Translations under genes and position numbers: made by a program
Assembly (NCBI GenBank): GCA_964188305.1
Contig: OZ076897.1
Strand: one strand, 5' to 3'
Length of the DNA: 64,000 bases
Source: Podarcis bocagei
Lineage: Eukaryota
Shown here: positions 36,321 to 49,218 of the stretch, in pieces
How positions within the stretch are numbered: position 1 is the stretch's first letter
Layout of the letters: the number at the start of each line of letters is the position of its first letter
Notes under the pieces: model-generated
The model's input: only the letters and a program-made list of their open reading frames with translations
The model's database searches: none
Told to the model about the DNA's origin: nothing

Positions 36321-39300
36321 GTCTAAAAAATAAATTGCTTGTAAAGTGTTGTCAGCCGCCTTGATCATCAACACATTATGTGGAGGCAAATACCATGGTA
36401 ATCTCTGGTCGTTTTTATACTCCAAGCCCAAACACGTGGATTTGGAAGGAAGGCCAAGCGCCGCAATACCTTTTCACTGCAAAGTCCCGTGTCTTGGAAA
36501 TCGGTGCTTCCAAGTTTACCTTGAACTCACTGACACGGGCTTAAAATAAACGGGCAAACTCACTGTGAATTTATAAACAGAACATCGGTAGAGGCCCCTG
36601 TGTGAAAGGAAAGCTGGCTTCGGCTGCAAAGTCCTGAAAAGAGAACCGTTCTCCCATTGTTTTGCAGGTCAAGGCAACCCAAACCTCCAGGCCAAACTCC
36701 CTTGAGCTCAATGGTATTAAGGAATAGGTTTGCGTTGTTCGGCTCTGAAAGAGCATTGGGAGCGTCAGTTTCTAGAATCAAAGTATTAAAAGGCAAAAAC
36801 AAAACAAACACACAATGTCACCTTAGGGAACTGAACACACTTCTGACCTAATTTACTAGGAAGTAAACCTCCTTGGTTTCAATGGGACTGACTTCAAAGT
36901 AAGGTGGGAATCCTATGCACATCCAACCTAATGAAACTTACTTCTGGATAGACACGTGGAGGTTGCACCTTCACTCAGGACTAAGAACCACTGAACTAAG
37001 GTTAAATTCAAAGAAATGCAAGGGCAAAGGATTGTTGTGCAGCATGTTTATTAGTTTTAGGCTGAGATCCTAACCCCACTTACCTGGGAATAAGCCCCAT
37101 TGAATTCAACAGGGCTCACTGCTGAGTAAGGGCTTACTGCTGGTTAAACTTGTAACAAACAGTCCAGCACTTTCAGAGCTCCGGGTCAGATAGTCCTTTA
37201 ATAAACGCCGTTCAGCTTCGTCTTCCCTGGAAGCGTCATCATCGGACGTGTCACTGTCACTCTTTGAAACTGGTCCAATATGGTTCATCGCCTGCTTGTT
37301 ATAAGAAACATTGCAGCACCACAGACAACTACCTCTTCCTCCCCCCACCCACCCAGTACTTTCCGTTTCCTATAACTCATCAACAGACCAATGGGTTTTC
37401 TTCCCCCTTCCGACGACGAATTTACTAAACAGTATGTAGTTAGTTGCTAATAACAAGAACTTGCTCACTAACAGCCCAAATTAAACTCACTAACACCCCA
37501 TCCTAAACAGGTTTACTCGAAAGAAAAACGAAGGGGGCTTAACTTAATCTCAGCGTTAAATCCCTCCGATGCAAATGGCAGAGTTTTAACCACTTGCCCA
37601 TTAAAACCAGTAGGGCTGAATCTGGACTGGATCGTGTCCAGCGTTTAAATGCACAGCCCCCGTCCATTACTGTATACGGATCTAGCGAGGTTTAACTTCA
37701 AAAGAAACGCCAACAAGTGATTCTGCTTCCCCAGCTGGGTGAATCGGGTTGGGTACCATCACACGAACACCTCGATCTGTACAACGCAGTTCAGTCGAAG
37801 CGTTGGATTTACGCGCCTGACACCCCGATCCGGTTCATATTTATTTCGAAGCGCTGAAATACGCCTGATTTGCCTCCACAACACACTTCAATTCAGCTTC
37901 CGACCTCCTTTGCCTATGGAGAACTGCGTGGGGTGTGTTACTAAGTCCATCTCTGGACGGTCAGCAGGAAAACTACACAGACGGACGGCTCTAGTACATT
38001 GGGAATCTCTTAGAGTGGCTGGGGTAACCCAGTCAGATGGGCGGAATACAAAGAATTTAATAATAATAATAATAATCTACTGGCAGATTTCTGAGCGACC
38101 ACCAAGGCTATTCCCACTTATTTAACAAAAGCAACAAATTCCCCCTCCCCTAAAAAACCAAAACCAAAACGCAAGGCTACCAAAACAAAGAAAGCTTGGG
38201 GGGAAACCAGGAATGGAGTTTTGTGTGGAAGGATTGGGAGCTCAGTCACTGCTGCGGAAAACCAACGTCCTGGCTGAGCTGTCTTCTTCTCCTACATCCT
38301 GGACCTGACTCCCTCCCATGCCGGCTCCCTTCCTAAGCCACTATTTTGCCTTTTTCTCCAGCTGATGGCTGGGAAGCGGTCTAATAAAAAGAAATAGGTC
38401 CCGCAGATGAAAAATCTGCCCACCCCTGCTCTGAGCTCGCCCAATCCCAGCCGGTCATGACTTCCTTGGCTATCGCTTCCTCCAAGCTGCAATTCTCCTT
38501 GCGTCGACAGAGACGCTTTTCTTCCGCTTAAGGGTGCCAGAAGGACAATCGAGACGAAGCTCGCACCGTTCCATTGATGCCAATGATGATATACAGTATA
38601 CACACCTACCCTACATATGCAGCTAATGCCTAGTCATTATAATGAAAGAGTGACTCAGCAGAGGAGTCAAGGCCAGCTAGGACTTAGGTCTCAATCAGCG
38701 CTGTAGAAATTGCGCGTCCTGCCAGGCACGTTGCATCTGCCTCAGCGAATGCAAAACAATGACCTTCTGGCTCGGATGCACCAACAACGGGGGGGACGGG
38801 ACACTTTATCGTTGGTGGTTTTTGGGAAACCAGAGCAGCAACAGTACCCAAAGCACACGATACAGGCTGCCATTCTCTAAGGCACTCAGCGGAGGGACTT
38901 CAATCCAGGACTGGTGGGGTTCAATTCTAGCATCTATCCAAACTGGCTTCCTTCGTATAATTTCTACCCCATCTTTCCACTCAGTATTGGCCCATAAGCC
39001 GCTTTAAGCGGGTCGGGGGAGGCTCATCCCGCTGGCAAAGCCGAGTGTCCTTGTTTTAAGCAAAGAAACAAATTATTGGGTTCGTGCCAAGTTGGCACCC
39101 AAAGCAAACCACCCACCAGCTCCCAGTGAAGCGACTCGGATGGCAAGCACCTTTACTTGCGAGTCAGCTCCTACGTTTCAGCAGAGGTAAAGTGCATTTT
39201 TATTTGTTGGCGTTGATCTATATGCAAGCTGCCTGAAAGCCAAATACACCGACTCAAGATGCTCGTGAATCGGGCCGACCGCTTCCCTGTGTGAACTGCT

Positions 39301-39454
39301 CTCCCCCGTGTGCCCACAGACAGATCAAGATAAACAAGCCTGTTAGGAGGCCTGATAGGCAACCCACGTTTTATCGGTCAGCGGTGGTTGGGCTGCAACT
39401 TCCACCATCGCTGGCCATTGGCCATGCGTGTGTACAAGCAGTGAGGAGCAGCAG

Positions 39455-39693
39455 CTAGAGTGTTGGACCAGGGTTCAAATACCCACTTGCCTCTGTAGCC
39501 CACTGAGTGACTTTGGGCCAGTCACTCACCCTCCGTCTAATCTACCTTTCAGGGTTGTCGTGGGGATTAAATGGGCAGGAAGAGAACCATGTACTATGTC
39601 TATTGAGCTCAGTCTTAGAGGAAAGAGTGAAGAAGAAGAAGAAGAAGAAGAAGAAGAAGAAGAAGAGGAGGAGGAGGAGGAGGAGGAGGAGGA
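39455..39693 (+). mobile_element. Squam3-like SINE ending in a (GAA)n(GAG)n compound microsatellite
   Basis: tagagtgttggaccagggttcaaat (B-box)...tgactttgggccagtcac...ctaatctacct; tail at 39629-39693. Confidence 0.7.
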
Positions 39694-42600
39694 ATACAGG
39701 CTAGGTGTGAAGGGAGCTGGGGTCCAACAACATAGACGCCCCATTCTAGGGATTATAGGGAAAGAATTCCCCATCTGTCCACACGATTTTGCAAACTGCT
39801 TTGAGAGTTGTTGTTTGCAATCAAGTGGTGCATATTTTTTTTAAGTAAACAAATATTTTCCAGAAAGAACACATGATAGGACCCCGGGGACTGTAGCCAC
39901 ATAGTGCGGTAGGAATAAAAACACCAAAAGGTAATCAAAGTTTCCTTCCAACTGTGGGCTGAACAGAATAAAACGCCATCTGTTTTTCCCACCCCCACCC
40001 CCCATCACAGCTACTGCCTTCTAATCACTCAAGGCACGATATCGCTGCAGATATTTCCGAGAGATTCACAGCTATCTCCTTGACCATTTTAAATTGGGCT
40101 GCACACGTCAGACCCCTTCATCTGTGCGCGTTTCTCTGTGTGCGCCCACACTAAAGCTGCAACGCCAAGCCCACTTATCTGGAGAATAAACGGCACTGAA
40201 CTTACTTTGGGGTGATATAAGTTTCGGATTACTTTGCCTGGGTGCAACCAAGGAGGCCACCAGTTCAGTTTTTACTTCACCACATGGGTTTACGGCATGT
40301 CTCGGTTATTTCAACCTCAGCTATAGGGGGACAGTGGCGCTGTCCTGTTTGAGAGGCGTGTGGCGTGCTTTGCACACCCTTAAGCGCCATATAAATGCTA
40401 AGGAGAGTTAATGTTTCCTAAAGCCAACCTGGTGCGCAGGCTAGAATATTGGGTTTCCCACCACAGCCAGCCCAACTGGGCACGACTCGAAAATAATTAA
40501 AAACAGAGCAGAACCCTAAAGCTTGCTCAGAAGCTCCTGAATCCAGATTAACCAATTCTTTAGCAATCTGGTTCTACTCACCATCGTGGTAGTTAAATGT
40601 CTTTTCTCAGCCTTTCAGTGCCTGCTTATGGGTGGGCAGGAATTTGATTATCTGTTATGAAATCCAGGAATAGTCGCTCGAATTAATCAAAGCAGAGTCT
40701 TACCCCCGTATAGAGTCTGGCTTGTGTATTTAGAATGTGTGTTGGTTGCTCCAGAATTGAGAACAGCAGCAGTGGGGCTGTAAACTTAGCAAAGTCTGTG
40801 GTTCTTCTTCTCTGCTCAGCATTCAACAGCCAATCCGAAACTGAGTCCCACATTGAAACCAGATCAAGCCCACTGACATAAACGGAACGAACATACTGAT
40901 CTAGAACATACTTAAACGGCACTCCTCCTATTTTGGTCTCCTGCCATTTTGCCAATCGCTTTAAGTTTGAAGCACTTAAAATTCCCACGGATTGACTGTA
41001 TATCAATTCAGAGAGTGAATCGCCGACCGGATCAATTCTCTTAAGGGTAGAACAGTGCAACCCTATTCAGCTGACGGATTTGGATGTACACCTATTGAAA
41101 GGTCAAGTGCTTAAACTCTGTGTTCCTACGCTCTTGTTCTTGGATATGCCCCGGCAAATCAACGAGCTGATTCCAATTGTTCACAGGTTCAAATCTCAAC
41201 TCCGCCCTTGCTGGTAAGTAGATAAGTCTGAGACTAGGCGCTGCTGTCCGATTCGCCAGATCGCCTTATGACATTTGGGAATAAAAGGAGAATACCTTAC
41301 AGGGCTGTTGTAAAGATGAGTGCGGTTGCATTTCATAGAACACTGTCTAATTGTGATTTTCAAGGCCAGTGTGAGACTCACAGAAAGAGTTGGCGTTAAT
41401 CTTTCCCATATATTTAGAATTCCTTGGACTTCTAAGCAGTACAAGCGTTCGAATTAAAAGTTGATTTGTGTCCTCTCACACATTAGGTTGTTCTGCTGGA
41501 ATGAGGGCGATTTAAGGATTGATTTAAACCGAGACGTGTTTGTTGATTGGGCTCCATTCGACCAAGGGCATTCCACCAGGGCTTGCTTAACCGGGAAACC
41601 CATTCTTAGTAAAAGACTCCAGCTTGGAACACTTTGACTACAATCCTAACCGTACTTCCTCGTGAGTAAGTCTCCTCGAAATCGAAATGACTTACTACCG
41701 AGTAAACACGTTTGGAATTACGATAAATTATAATCCTTTTTATGAGGGTGCTTTGAGAGTGTCCCTATCTGAATATCCAAGGCACTCAAACAGAATCCCC
41801 TCACTCCGCTGGATTTAGGGAGCAAAGTTTGTGCGCTTAAGATCTAGGACCTTTAATACTGAAAATTAATTCCTTGGTGAGTTGTTACCAAGGGACACAC
41901 CCACCGTCAAAACCCTTCAGAAATATCAAACACTAAAGATGAGCACGAAATACAAAGGAAAAGGCTCTCCATCACTGCCTTAGGTTAAGCAATGGAGTCT
42001 CTAGGCGAAAAGTTGTGAGCAAGTTGTGTATGCGCGAACCAACGCACAAGTATCACACGTGTGTGATTCCTCATACAATAATGGGCGCCAGACCCATTCA
42101 CTTCGATGGAACTTCGCTTCACAGTGTTTGCTTTGGGAGCAAGGGGTTTTGTCCCGTTCTGCTGTTGTCTGCAGTATTATCCATCTCTTTCCTCGTGAGA
42201 CCAGTTTCACGTCCCCTTTTCTTTCTCGAGAAAGAAACAGTTAATCCTTTTTTTGAAACCGAAACGCCGCCTGCCTCAGTCTGGCAAGAGAACACGGCTA
42301 ATTTGAGCCTTCTTTATTTGCATGCGAAGGCAATATGAACAGAGAACATCGTCGGCAACCCGTTGCGACACATGCTTCCAAAAACTTTTTAGAAGTGTCC
42401 CTGGGAATCAAGGGGAGGACAGGCAAAGCGTTTATTTCCAGGCAAAGCGTTTATGATCTGGGTGTGAAAATTGCCTCTCCATATATTTAGAATTCCTTTG
42501 ACTTCTAAACAGTACAAGCGTGATGCTGGAGGGGAACATTCAACCTCAAAGGATAAGTAACTTTGCCTGAGATTTACACAAAGCAAGTTCTTATCTAAAG

Positions 42601-43852
42601 TGAAAATGTTTAAAAGTGTGCAAACTGTGGGCTTATGTTCTGGTACTAGTTTGAAATACTCAGAGGCCGGACTAAGTAGATTAAACACTGAGGTGTTATT
42701 ATAAAAAGTTATTAGCAAATATATAATGTAATTGGAATAGCTGTGAAACTTTCAGAGCGTGCTGCTGATGTTAGGATTCATCCGATATTTTTTCACCTTA
42801 CTTTTAATTTCTATTATGCTACATGAGAACTTTGATTATATCACTTGATCTACTAAATTATGAATCAGAGTTTGTCACAGTAGTAGCGTCACGGGCTGCC
42901 CCCCCACCTCTCCCATCCTAAGCATACAGTAAGGGATTTTTAAATAAGCCCAATTATGTAAATCGGAGAACTGGACATTCTTAATGGTGCAATCCTATGC
43001 ATGTCTACTTAAAAGTAAGCGCCATTTGGGACTCTCAGGAAAACTGAGTTCGGGATTGAAGATTAAGACTTCCCCGTTGGAACAAATGAGAGTTAAAATG
43101 CTTTGGCCTGGTGGAGCCCCCACCGTGGGAAGAAACCTCATAGATGTTAATTATTTTTCTTCCACCTATTCCCTGTGTTAATGATGGTGTGCGTGGGAAC
43201 TTATAAGCTCTCTTCAGTGAAGAACATTATTTAGAAATAGGTTATCCAGATCTGTTGTGACATGTTGCACAAATCCCTTCCTTTCAGAGACAGATCCTGT
43301 TTCCACGTCCTTGGGAGAGTCAGTACAGTTCATTTCCAGGTATATCGGATTGACGTTCAAGTCTTGCATTTGTTTGTTAACCTCTATGCACAACCACACC
43401 AATATTTGCATATGCTTTTTAAACTGGTCTTACTCGTACTAGGTTAAATGACGGACAATAATGATAACCTTCACCTAAGAACATGGCCAATAAATTAACT
43501 GCTCTCCCAGGCAGTTGAGTGTGAGAACTTGAATTAGTGGAGGGACACCACATTAATTTGGAAACGAGTCCCACAAATTACTGAGAATCAAGCCCAGAAA
43601 CACGGACCGCGTTCTTTGTCGGACCTGTCTAATCCAGATACTGATTCGTTTAACTGATTTGTGGACTTAGCTGCAGCAACCTTCCAGCTATTTACCCCGA
43701 CATCTACTTTAAGAAGAGCTATTCGGGAATAATGGCATCGAACTTTATCAGGCTGACAAATAACAGGTGCACGCTTACAAAAGCGACCCCGGTATTATTT
43801 GGGAGCAAGGCTGCAAATTTTTAATTCCATAAAATAGGTGATAGAGCTGTGC

Positions 43853-44012
43853 GCACACCATGCATTTAAAACACATCACTCCCCACACCCCAACATCTGG
43901 GAACTGTCGTTTACTACTCTCAGAGCTACAATTCCCAGCACCCTTGGTGGACTGCAGTTCCCAATATTCTTTTTTTGGGGGGGGGAAGCCATGTGCTTTA
44001 AATATATGGTGC
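43853..44012. mobile_element. Palindromic MITE (gggaactgtagt / actacaattccc family)
   Basis: Inverted termini cacaccatgcatttaaaacacat / atgtgctttaaatatatggtgc; related copy at about 46970-47090. Confidence 0.65.
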
Positions 44013-44149
44013 AAATATATCTTTCAATGTATCATTGCTTTTGTCCTTAATGTCAGTAGCGTGCCGAAACATTACCTTTTAATGCAAAAAGTCCACTTTT
44101 ACTACAACTTGTGTGTTTGTGCATGTGGAAGTCTTATTCCTGAGACTGA

Positions 44150-44370
44150 TCGTAAAACAACGCAACTGACGCCGCAGTCCCTTCTGGCCAAGGGACTCGT
44201 CCCCCATCCGACGCAGCCGCATAGAGACGTCTACGACGTGCTCGCCAAGGCGCTCGGGACCAGCTGGGTATGTGACGCGTCACGTCCTCAGGGAAGCGAA
44301 AGCGATTTTATTAAATATGAAAGGAATCCTTCCGCCCTGCGCATGCGCATTGCCCGCCGCAGGCAACTAG
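44150..44370. promoter_or_regulatory. Orphan promoter-like module: perfect NRF1 palindrome TGCGCATGCGCA (44338-44349), GC box, CRE-half palindrome GTGACGCGTCAC (44272-44283)
   Basis: Motifs seen directly in CpG-rich DNA about 4.3 kb upstream of SPAG6. Confidence 0.6.
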
Positions 44371-45775
44371 GAGTTATCCTTGCTGTAGACTCTGAACTTC
44401 CAAAAGGGGTTTTACTTTTCCCGGGGGAATTTTTATGTTGTTATGAAGCTGCGATCATCGCCGAATTTCTTGACCAGTAGAGAGAAGGAATCCTGCGGGG
44501 TTGCGATCCTTAAAATGCCAAACGGGACCCTTCCAGTATTTCCTGAGAGTAAGCACCACTGAATTCAACAGAACTCCCTTCCGAGTAGACAGGGTTAGAC
44601 TACCCCTGTTCAGAGTCTTTTAAGTTAAGAGGTTTGCCGTTTGCTGCAAAACCAGCCACAGGCTCCTCCTCGCTGCAGCGGGAATCGTAGGCTAGTTTAC
44701 CCGGGAGTAAGTCCCTCGGGGTTAGCTGGGACTTACTTCCGAGGAAACGTGCAGCGGGGTCGTGCTCCACCAGGATCGATCGGAGTTGGGGGCTGCAGGT
44801 GGGGCTGTGCGGTTACTCGGGGCGCCTGCTCTGCTTCCTGCCCCGGAGAGCCAGGCTGGCGGGCCGATCCTGTCTCTAGCCTGCAGGGCCTTCACTGCCG
44901 GGTTGAGCCGGGCGCGGCTTGGCCCAGAGCAGGCCGCTCAGATCACGCCGCCCCCTCGGGGCTTGGCGGAGCCTCGCGGCCTCCGTCGCCGATGCAGAAG
45001 CGGGTTGTCTAACCACGCAACCACCCCAGCCAGACAGGAAAATCCTTTGCAGGATCTGAAAGCAGCCTATCCACACTTTGAATAGCTAAGTGGGCGGGGA
45101 TCTCTCTCTCTCTCCTCACGCTATGCTTTACTGTGGATCCGGACTGTGTGCAGTGCAGACCCTGGGCATTATTTACTCAGAAGCACCTAATGGGGCTTAC
45201 TCAGTGGGCATAAGATTGCAGCCTTTAAATCGGGGCCCGGCATCAGACTACAGGAGATGTTAAAACAGACCTCGATCCTACGTGGCCGCTGCAGCCCCCG
45301 CATTCCTTAGCACAGGGCAGATCTTTGGTGTCTGAAGAGAAGCACACCCTCCTCTTTTTCAGACTTTTGATAAGGTCTCGCCCTGCCACGTGACGCTTAT
45401 AACACTAGCGCAGGCCAAAAGGCGCCGCAGTGGCGTTTGGCAGGGACCTGAGTCTCAGGTAGGAATAAGAGGAGAGAGGTGTCCTTTTTTTTGTAGGTCA
45501 GCATTGGTAGTGGAATGAAAGAATGTTCTACCTGATGGTTCGATTTCAGCTAAATCTAGGGACTTGGGGGGGGCGGTCCTACGTGTGAAATACGAACTGG
45601 ATGTTTTGTATGCTTTCATAAGGGGGGAAACTCCACCCACCGCCTCTCAGATTCTTTCCTGAATTTACGAGCCAATGAGAGGAATCAGACAGTGCGAGAC
45701 TTTGGCTCAGAAGTCCAACTTGGACGGCCTGCTTGACCTTAATTGACATCCTCCCGGCCTCCTGCTCTGAAACAT

Positions 45776-45975
45776 GAGAGAGTGGCTCAGCGGCAGACTA
45801 TACGCTGGTGGGGAGGGGAAAGTCCAAGGTTCAATTGCTGGCATCTCCCAAGTGCTGCTGCGGGAACAAAAATCCCATTTGAAACTCAGGAGAGCCGCTG
45901 CCAGTCAGTGTCGACAATGCTGAACCAACAGACCAACAGACTCTGAATCCGTCCAATGCAGCTGCCTATTGATTT
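45776..45975 (+). mobile_element. Old tRNA-derived SINE (family uncertain)
   Basis: A-box gtggctcagcgg, B-box ggttcaatt, then gagccgctgccagtcagtgtcgacaatgctga body; related copy at about 47995-48160. Confidence 0.6.
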
Positions 45976-47994
45976 CAGGGAGAGACTCTACCGTGGAAAG
46001 GCGACCAGGGGCGAGTTGAAGATATTGTATGAGAAATTGTACTGCATTTGGCAAGGTTACGCGGTGATACAGAGCTTACACAATAACAGTAATACATTGC
46101 CATGGAGGGTTGTTTTTTTGCGGGAGGGGCGCGCAAGTGGCCAGCTATAACCGATCTCAGCTCCATACCCTGAAGCTTGGGAGCCCATAAGGAACATAGT
46201 GTACAATGTCATTCGAGCAAGCACATGAACATATATTTTAACGAGGGAGGAGCAGGACAGGGATATGAAAGACCTGAGCGTTATCTATTCCAGTTGAGCA
46301 GAGGCGAAGGGAGAAGAGACGGTTCAGACGCTGCTTTCAAGGACGGTTCAGAGTCCCAAGATCCCGAGAGTGGGGTGCATGTGAACCCCAAAGGCATTCA
46401 TTCCAGTGCTGGAAGAGGATCAGCTAGCCTCAAACTTTGGCTCAGAGGATTTGACCAGGCAGGAGCCACTTTTGGTCGGGATCTGCGGGTCGTCATCCTG
46501 CTTCCAGCCCTGGCCGGCAGCAACACCCGCCAGGCACAACCCAGAAAGAAAACGCAGGCGTCATGCACACGGAGTAGTTCTTCTATCAAGACACGTTCCT
46601 GAGTGCGGGGGGCGGGGAATGTAAAACTCTGCATGGCATGGGGGATTCTGGTCGGATACGCTTCTCTCCTGCACAACGTGTGAAGTGGCCCTCGCGTGAC
46701 AGTAGCAAGAGAGTTTGCGAGGCTTGCCGCAGAAGCTCTTTTACTGATATTTCCTTCCTCTTTCATGTCACATATGGGGGCGGGGGAGTATCCACAACGT
46801 AAATGGAAAATTAAAATTAAACTCAGAAGGACAACCGTGTTATTAGCTTAAATCCTTGGAAGGAACAGAAACTCAGTTGTTTCTTTAAGGATTTTTGGCA
46901 TCGGAGAGGAGAGGAACACACGAAAGTGAGTTTCGGGTTGTGGGGAATCTTCCCTTCGATAGTCTGACACTGTGCACACAACATAAGTTTAAAGAAACCT
47001 CCTCCAAAAATGTAAAAAAAATCCAGGAAACTAGTTTGTTAAGGGTGCTGGGAACTGTAGCTCTGTTAGGGGTAAACTAGCGTCCCCAGGGAGAGGCCAA
47101 TGCCTGTTGATTCGCGACAAGAGCGTTTACTTTAAACTTCGCATCTAGCTCAAGCCTAGCACGGTATTGTATATCTGCTATAGGAAGCGCATTAAAAAGT
47201 TACAAATAGTTAAATAGCGAGCACCTTGGTTTCATCCACTGAATACATAGAGGCGACTACTAAACGTGGAGAGTGACTTTTTGTGAGTGAGGGGGGAGGG
47301 AAGAAAACAAGGGAAATAGAGAAAAGGGAATGGGTAAAACAAAGTCGATGTTCATTTTTATTACTTTATTGCAACTTTGTCCATCTAGTCCTTCGATACA
47401 CGTAGGACACGATCAAAGCCAAATGCTTCGGTTTAACTGGTCTGGGGATCGCATCCACGCAACAATGAACCGCAGTATTAGGAAGGAAAGAGAGTTGAAC
47501 TTAAACAGGACCAAGTCTGGAATCCTGACTCTACTTACTGGGGAGTAAGTAAGTCCTGTTGAATCCTATAGGACTGTCTTCGGAGAAGGCATGGTTAGGA
47601 TTGCGCTGTAAAGCGGCTTAGCGGTTGCCAGGTCACTCACTAGGGAAAATCGCTGTCTTTCATTTCAAACCCGTCTAAAAAAATGACCTACCTTCCAGGG
47701 CAGCTCCGAGTACTAGCCATTTTTAAGGCACTGCTGTGTTTTTAAATGAGGATTAAGACACGAAGAGGAAGCCAAGAGGGGCTGAGGATCTCGTTGCAAG
47801 GAACTGGGGGCAGAAACCTGCGCGCGAACTACTGAGCAGAGTGCGCAGCAAGGTCTCCAAACGCAGACGAGGCGGATTAGCGCAGTAAAGGCACATCACT
47901 ACAGTCTTCCATAATAAGATCACAAGTAACCAATCTCATGACCAAACTCTACCCAGTGCCTCCTTGCCAGCGGCACCCGCACACACAGAGCGAT

Positions 47995-48160
47995 GCCTGG
48001 GCAATTGCTTTCTATGCAGGAAGGTCCCTGGTTCAATTCCCAGCATCTCTGGGAGAGGGAGCTCCGTCTGGAGAGGCGCTGCCAGCCAAGGTGGGCAAGT
48101 GCTGAGCTAGATGGAACAAATGGTCTGGCTCGGTATAAGGCGGTTTCCCCCCGTTCCTAT
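47995..48160 (+). mobile_element. Old tRNA-derived SINE, same family as 45776
   Basis: ggtccctggttcaattccc...gctgccag...tgctgagctagatgga...ggtctggctcggtataaggcgg. Confidence 0.6.
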
Positions 48161-48379
48161 GTTCAAGCTCCTCCCATTGGCCTTAATGGCAAACGCTGAC
48201 TCGCACTTGCTTCAGATGCAACCATCAGGTGTACTTAGTGTACGCCTAACCAGGATCGCAGCCAACCTTGGCAGGGAGAGACTTTCTTTTTGTAGATCCA
48301 AGCGGCAAGGACGTCGCCTGACGGCCTTTCCCAACGAGCTGGAGAAGCGCAGAGGGAGGGGGAGAAAAAGGGCTCAAGG

Positions 48380-48774
48380 AACGCAGCGTTAGGATCGCGT
48401 TGCGCCGGCCTTTCCGTACGAGAGCCCAGCGCAAGGCGCCGCCGGCTGGCCGGCCCTCTCGCTCCGCGCCCGCCTGATGTCACAATGAGGCGCAGGCCGC
48501 GGCCTCCCTCCCGCCCCTTGATGGCGCCGGCTTCCGTTCGGTTGCCAAGGAGAAGGATACACACCGCGGCCCAAACTGAAAAGGCCCCGGGGGAAGACGG
48601 GGAAGCGCGGAGCCCGAAGGGCAGGTGGAGCTGCAGGACCCGCTCGGGTTTCTGAGTGGAGAGGCGAAGCGGAGGAGCAAGACCCTCTCAAGGCCGCGGG
48701 GGGATCCAGGGGGCGAGACACCACCCCACGGGGACGCTGCCGAGGCTCTTGGAAGTGGGTGACCAGCAAGAGCC
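48380..48774 (+). promoter_or_regulatory. SPAG6: SPAG6 CpG-island promoter / 5'UTR with X-box GTTGCCAAGGAGA (48541-48553) and CRE-like TGATGTCA (48475-48482)
   Basis: CpG island directly upstream of the SPAG6 ATG; RFX control of motile-cilia genes is established. Confidence 0.7.
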
Positions 48775-48799
48775 ATGAGTCAGAGGCAGGTCTTGCAAG
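48775..48799 (+). CDS. SPAG6: SPAG6 coding exon 1 (sperm-associated antigen 6, PF16 orthologue)
   Basis: gccATG; MSQRQVLQ plus G; CAAG|gtattt; 25 nt, phase 1. Confidence 0.93.
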
Positions 48800-49218
48800 G
48801 TATTTTTAAGGCTGGGTTTTGTGTACTGGGGGGTTTCTGAGCTTTACAGTTTCTTGAAAAGGAAAGGAAAGGGGGGGGGAGCGCGCCCACGCAACAGAAT
48901 CTTCCATTTACCTGCGAGTAAACCTCCTTGAATTAAATGAGACTTTCTGAGTAGTCCTGGTAATGTGTACACAGGACAATACAGTAATCCTCCTAGGTGT
49001 ATTTGCTACTGAACTCACTGGAGTTTACTTGCCATGAATTGTCTGTTTTTATATTTTATTCTATTATGTACTGTTGTAATTTGGTTTCTAACCCCCTCCC
49101 CCCATTAATCCATAAGCCTCATTGAGTCATAAAGTCAATCTATAAAAGTTTATGGAAATAAACTTTAAGCATGAGAATATGTTTTGTTGAATTCAGTGGG
49201 GCTAACTCACAGGTAAGT

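Noticed and set aside
39428-39844. ORFs with poly-Glu, poly-Lys/Arg or poly-Ser (also the ER repeats at 5333, poly-His at 11025, poly-Leu at 26440)
   Set aside because: Translations of microsatellites and SINE tails.
40329-40346. GGACAG-TGGCG-CTGTCC palindrome containing a REST right half-site
   Set aside because: The left half TTCAGCACC is absent at canonical spacing, and it sits beside a SINE-like tail.
40683-41060. 125 aa protein-looking minus ORF considered as an endogenous viral fragment
   Set aside because: TTG start with a stop three codons upstream, partial overlap with repeat-like sequence, and no viral motif recognised. BLASTP/HHpred would settle it.
45776-45850. tRNA-like A/B boxes (also at about 39460, 48020 and 56650)
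   Set aside because: No cloverleaf; these are heads of tRNA-derived SINEs rather than tRNA genes.
45956-46766. Exon-like ORFs upstream of SPAG6
   Set aside because: Candidate splice joins hit stop codons or lack homology, and no coherent gene model could be built.
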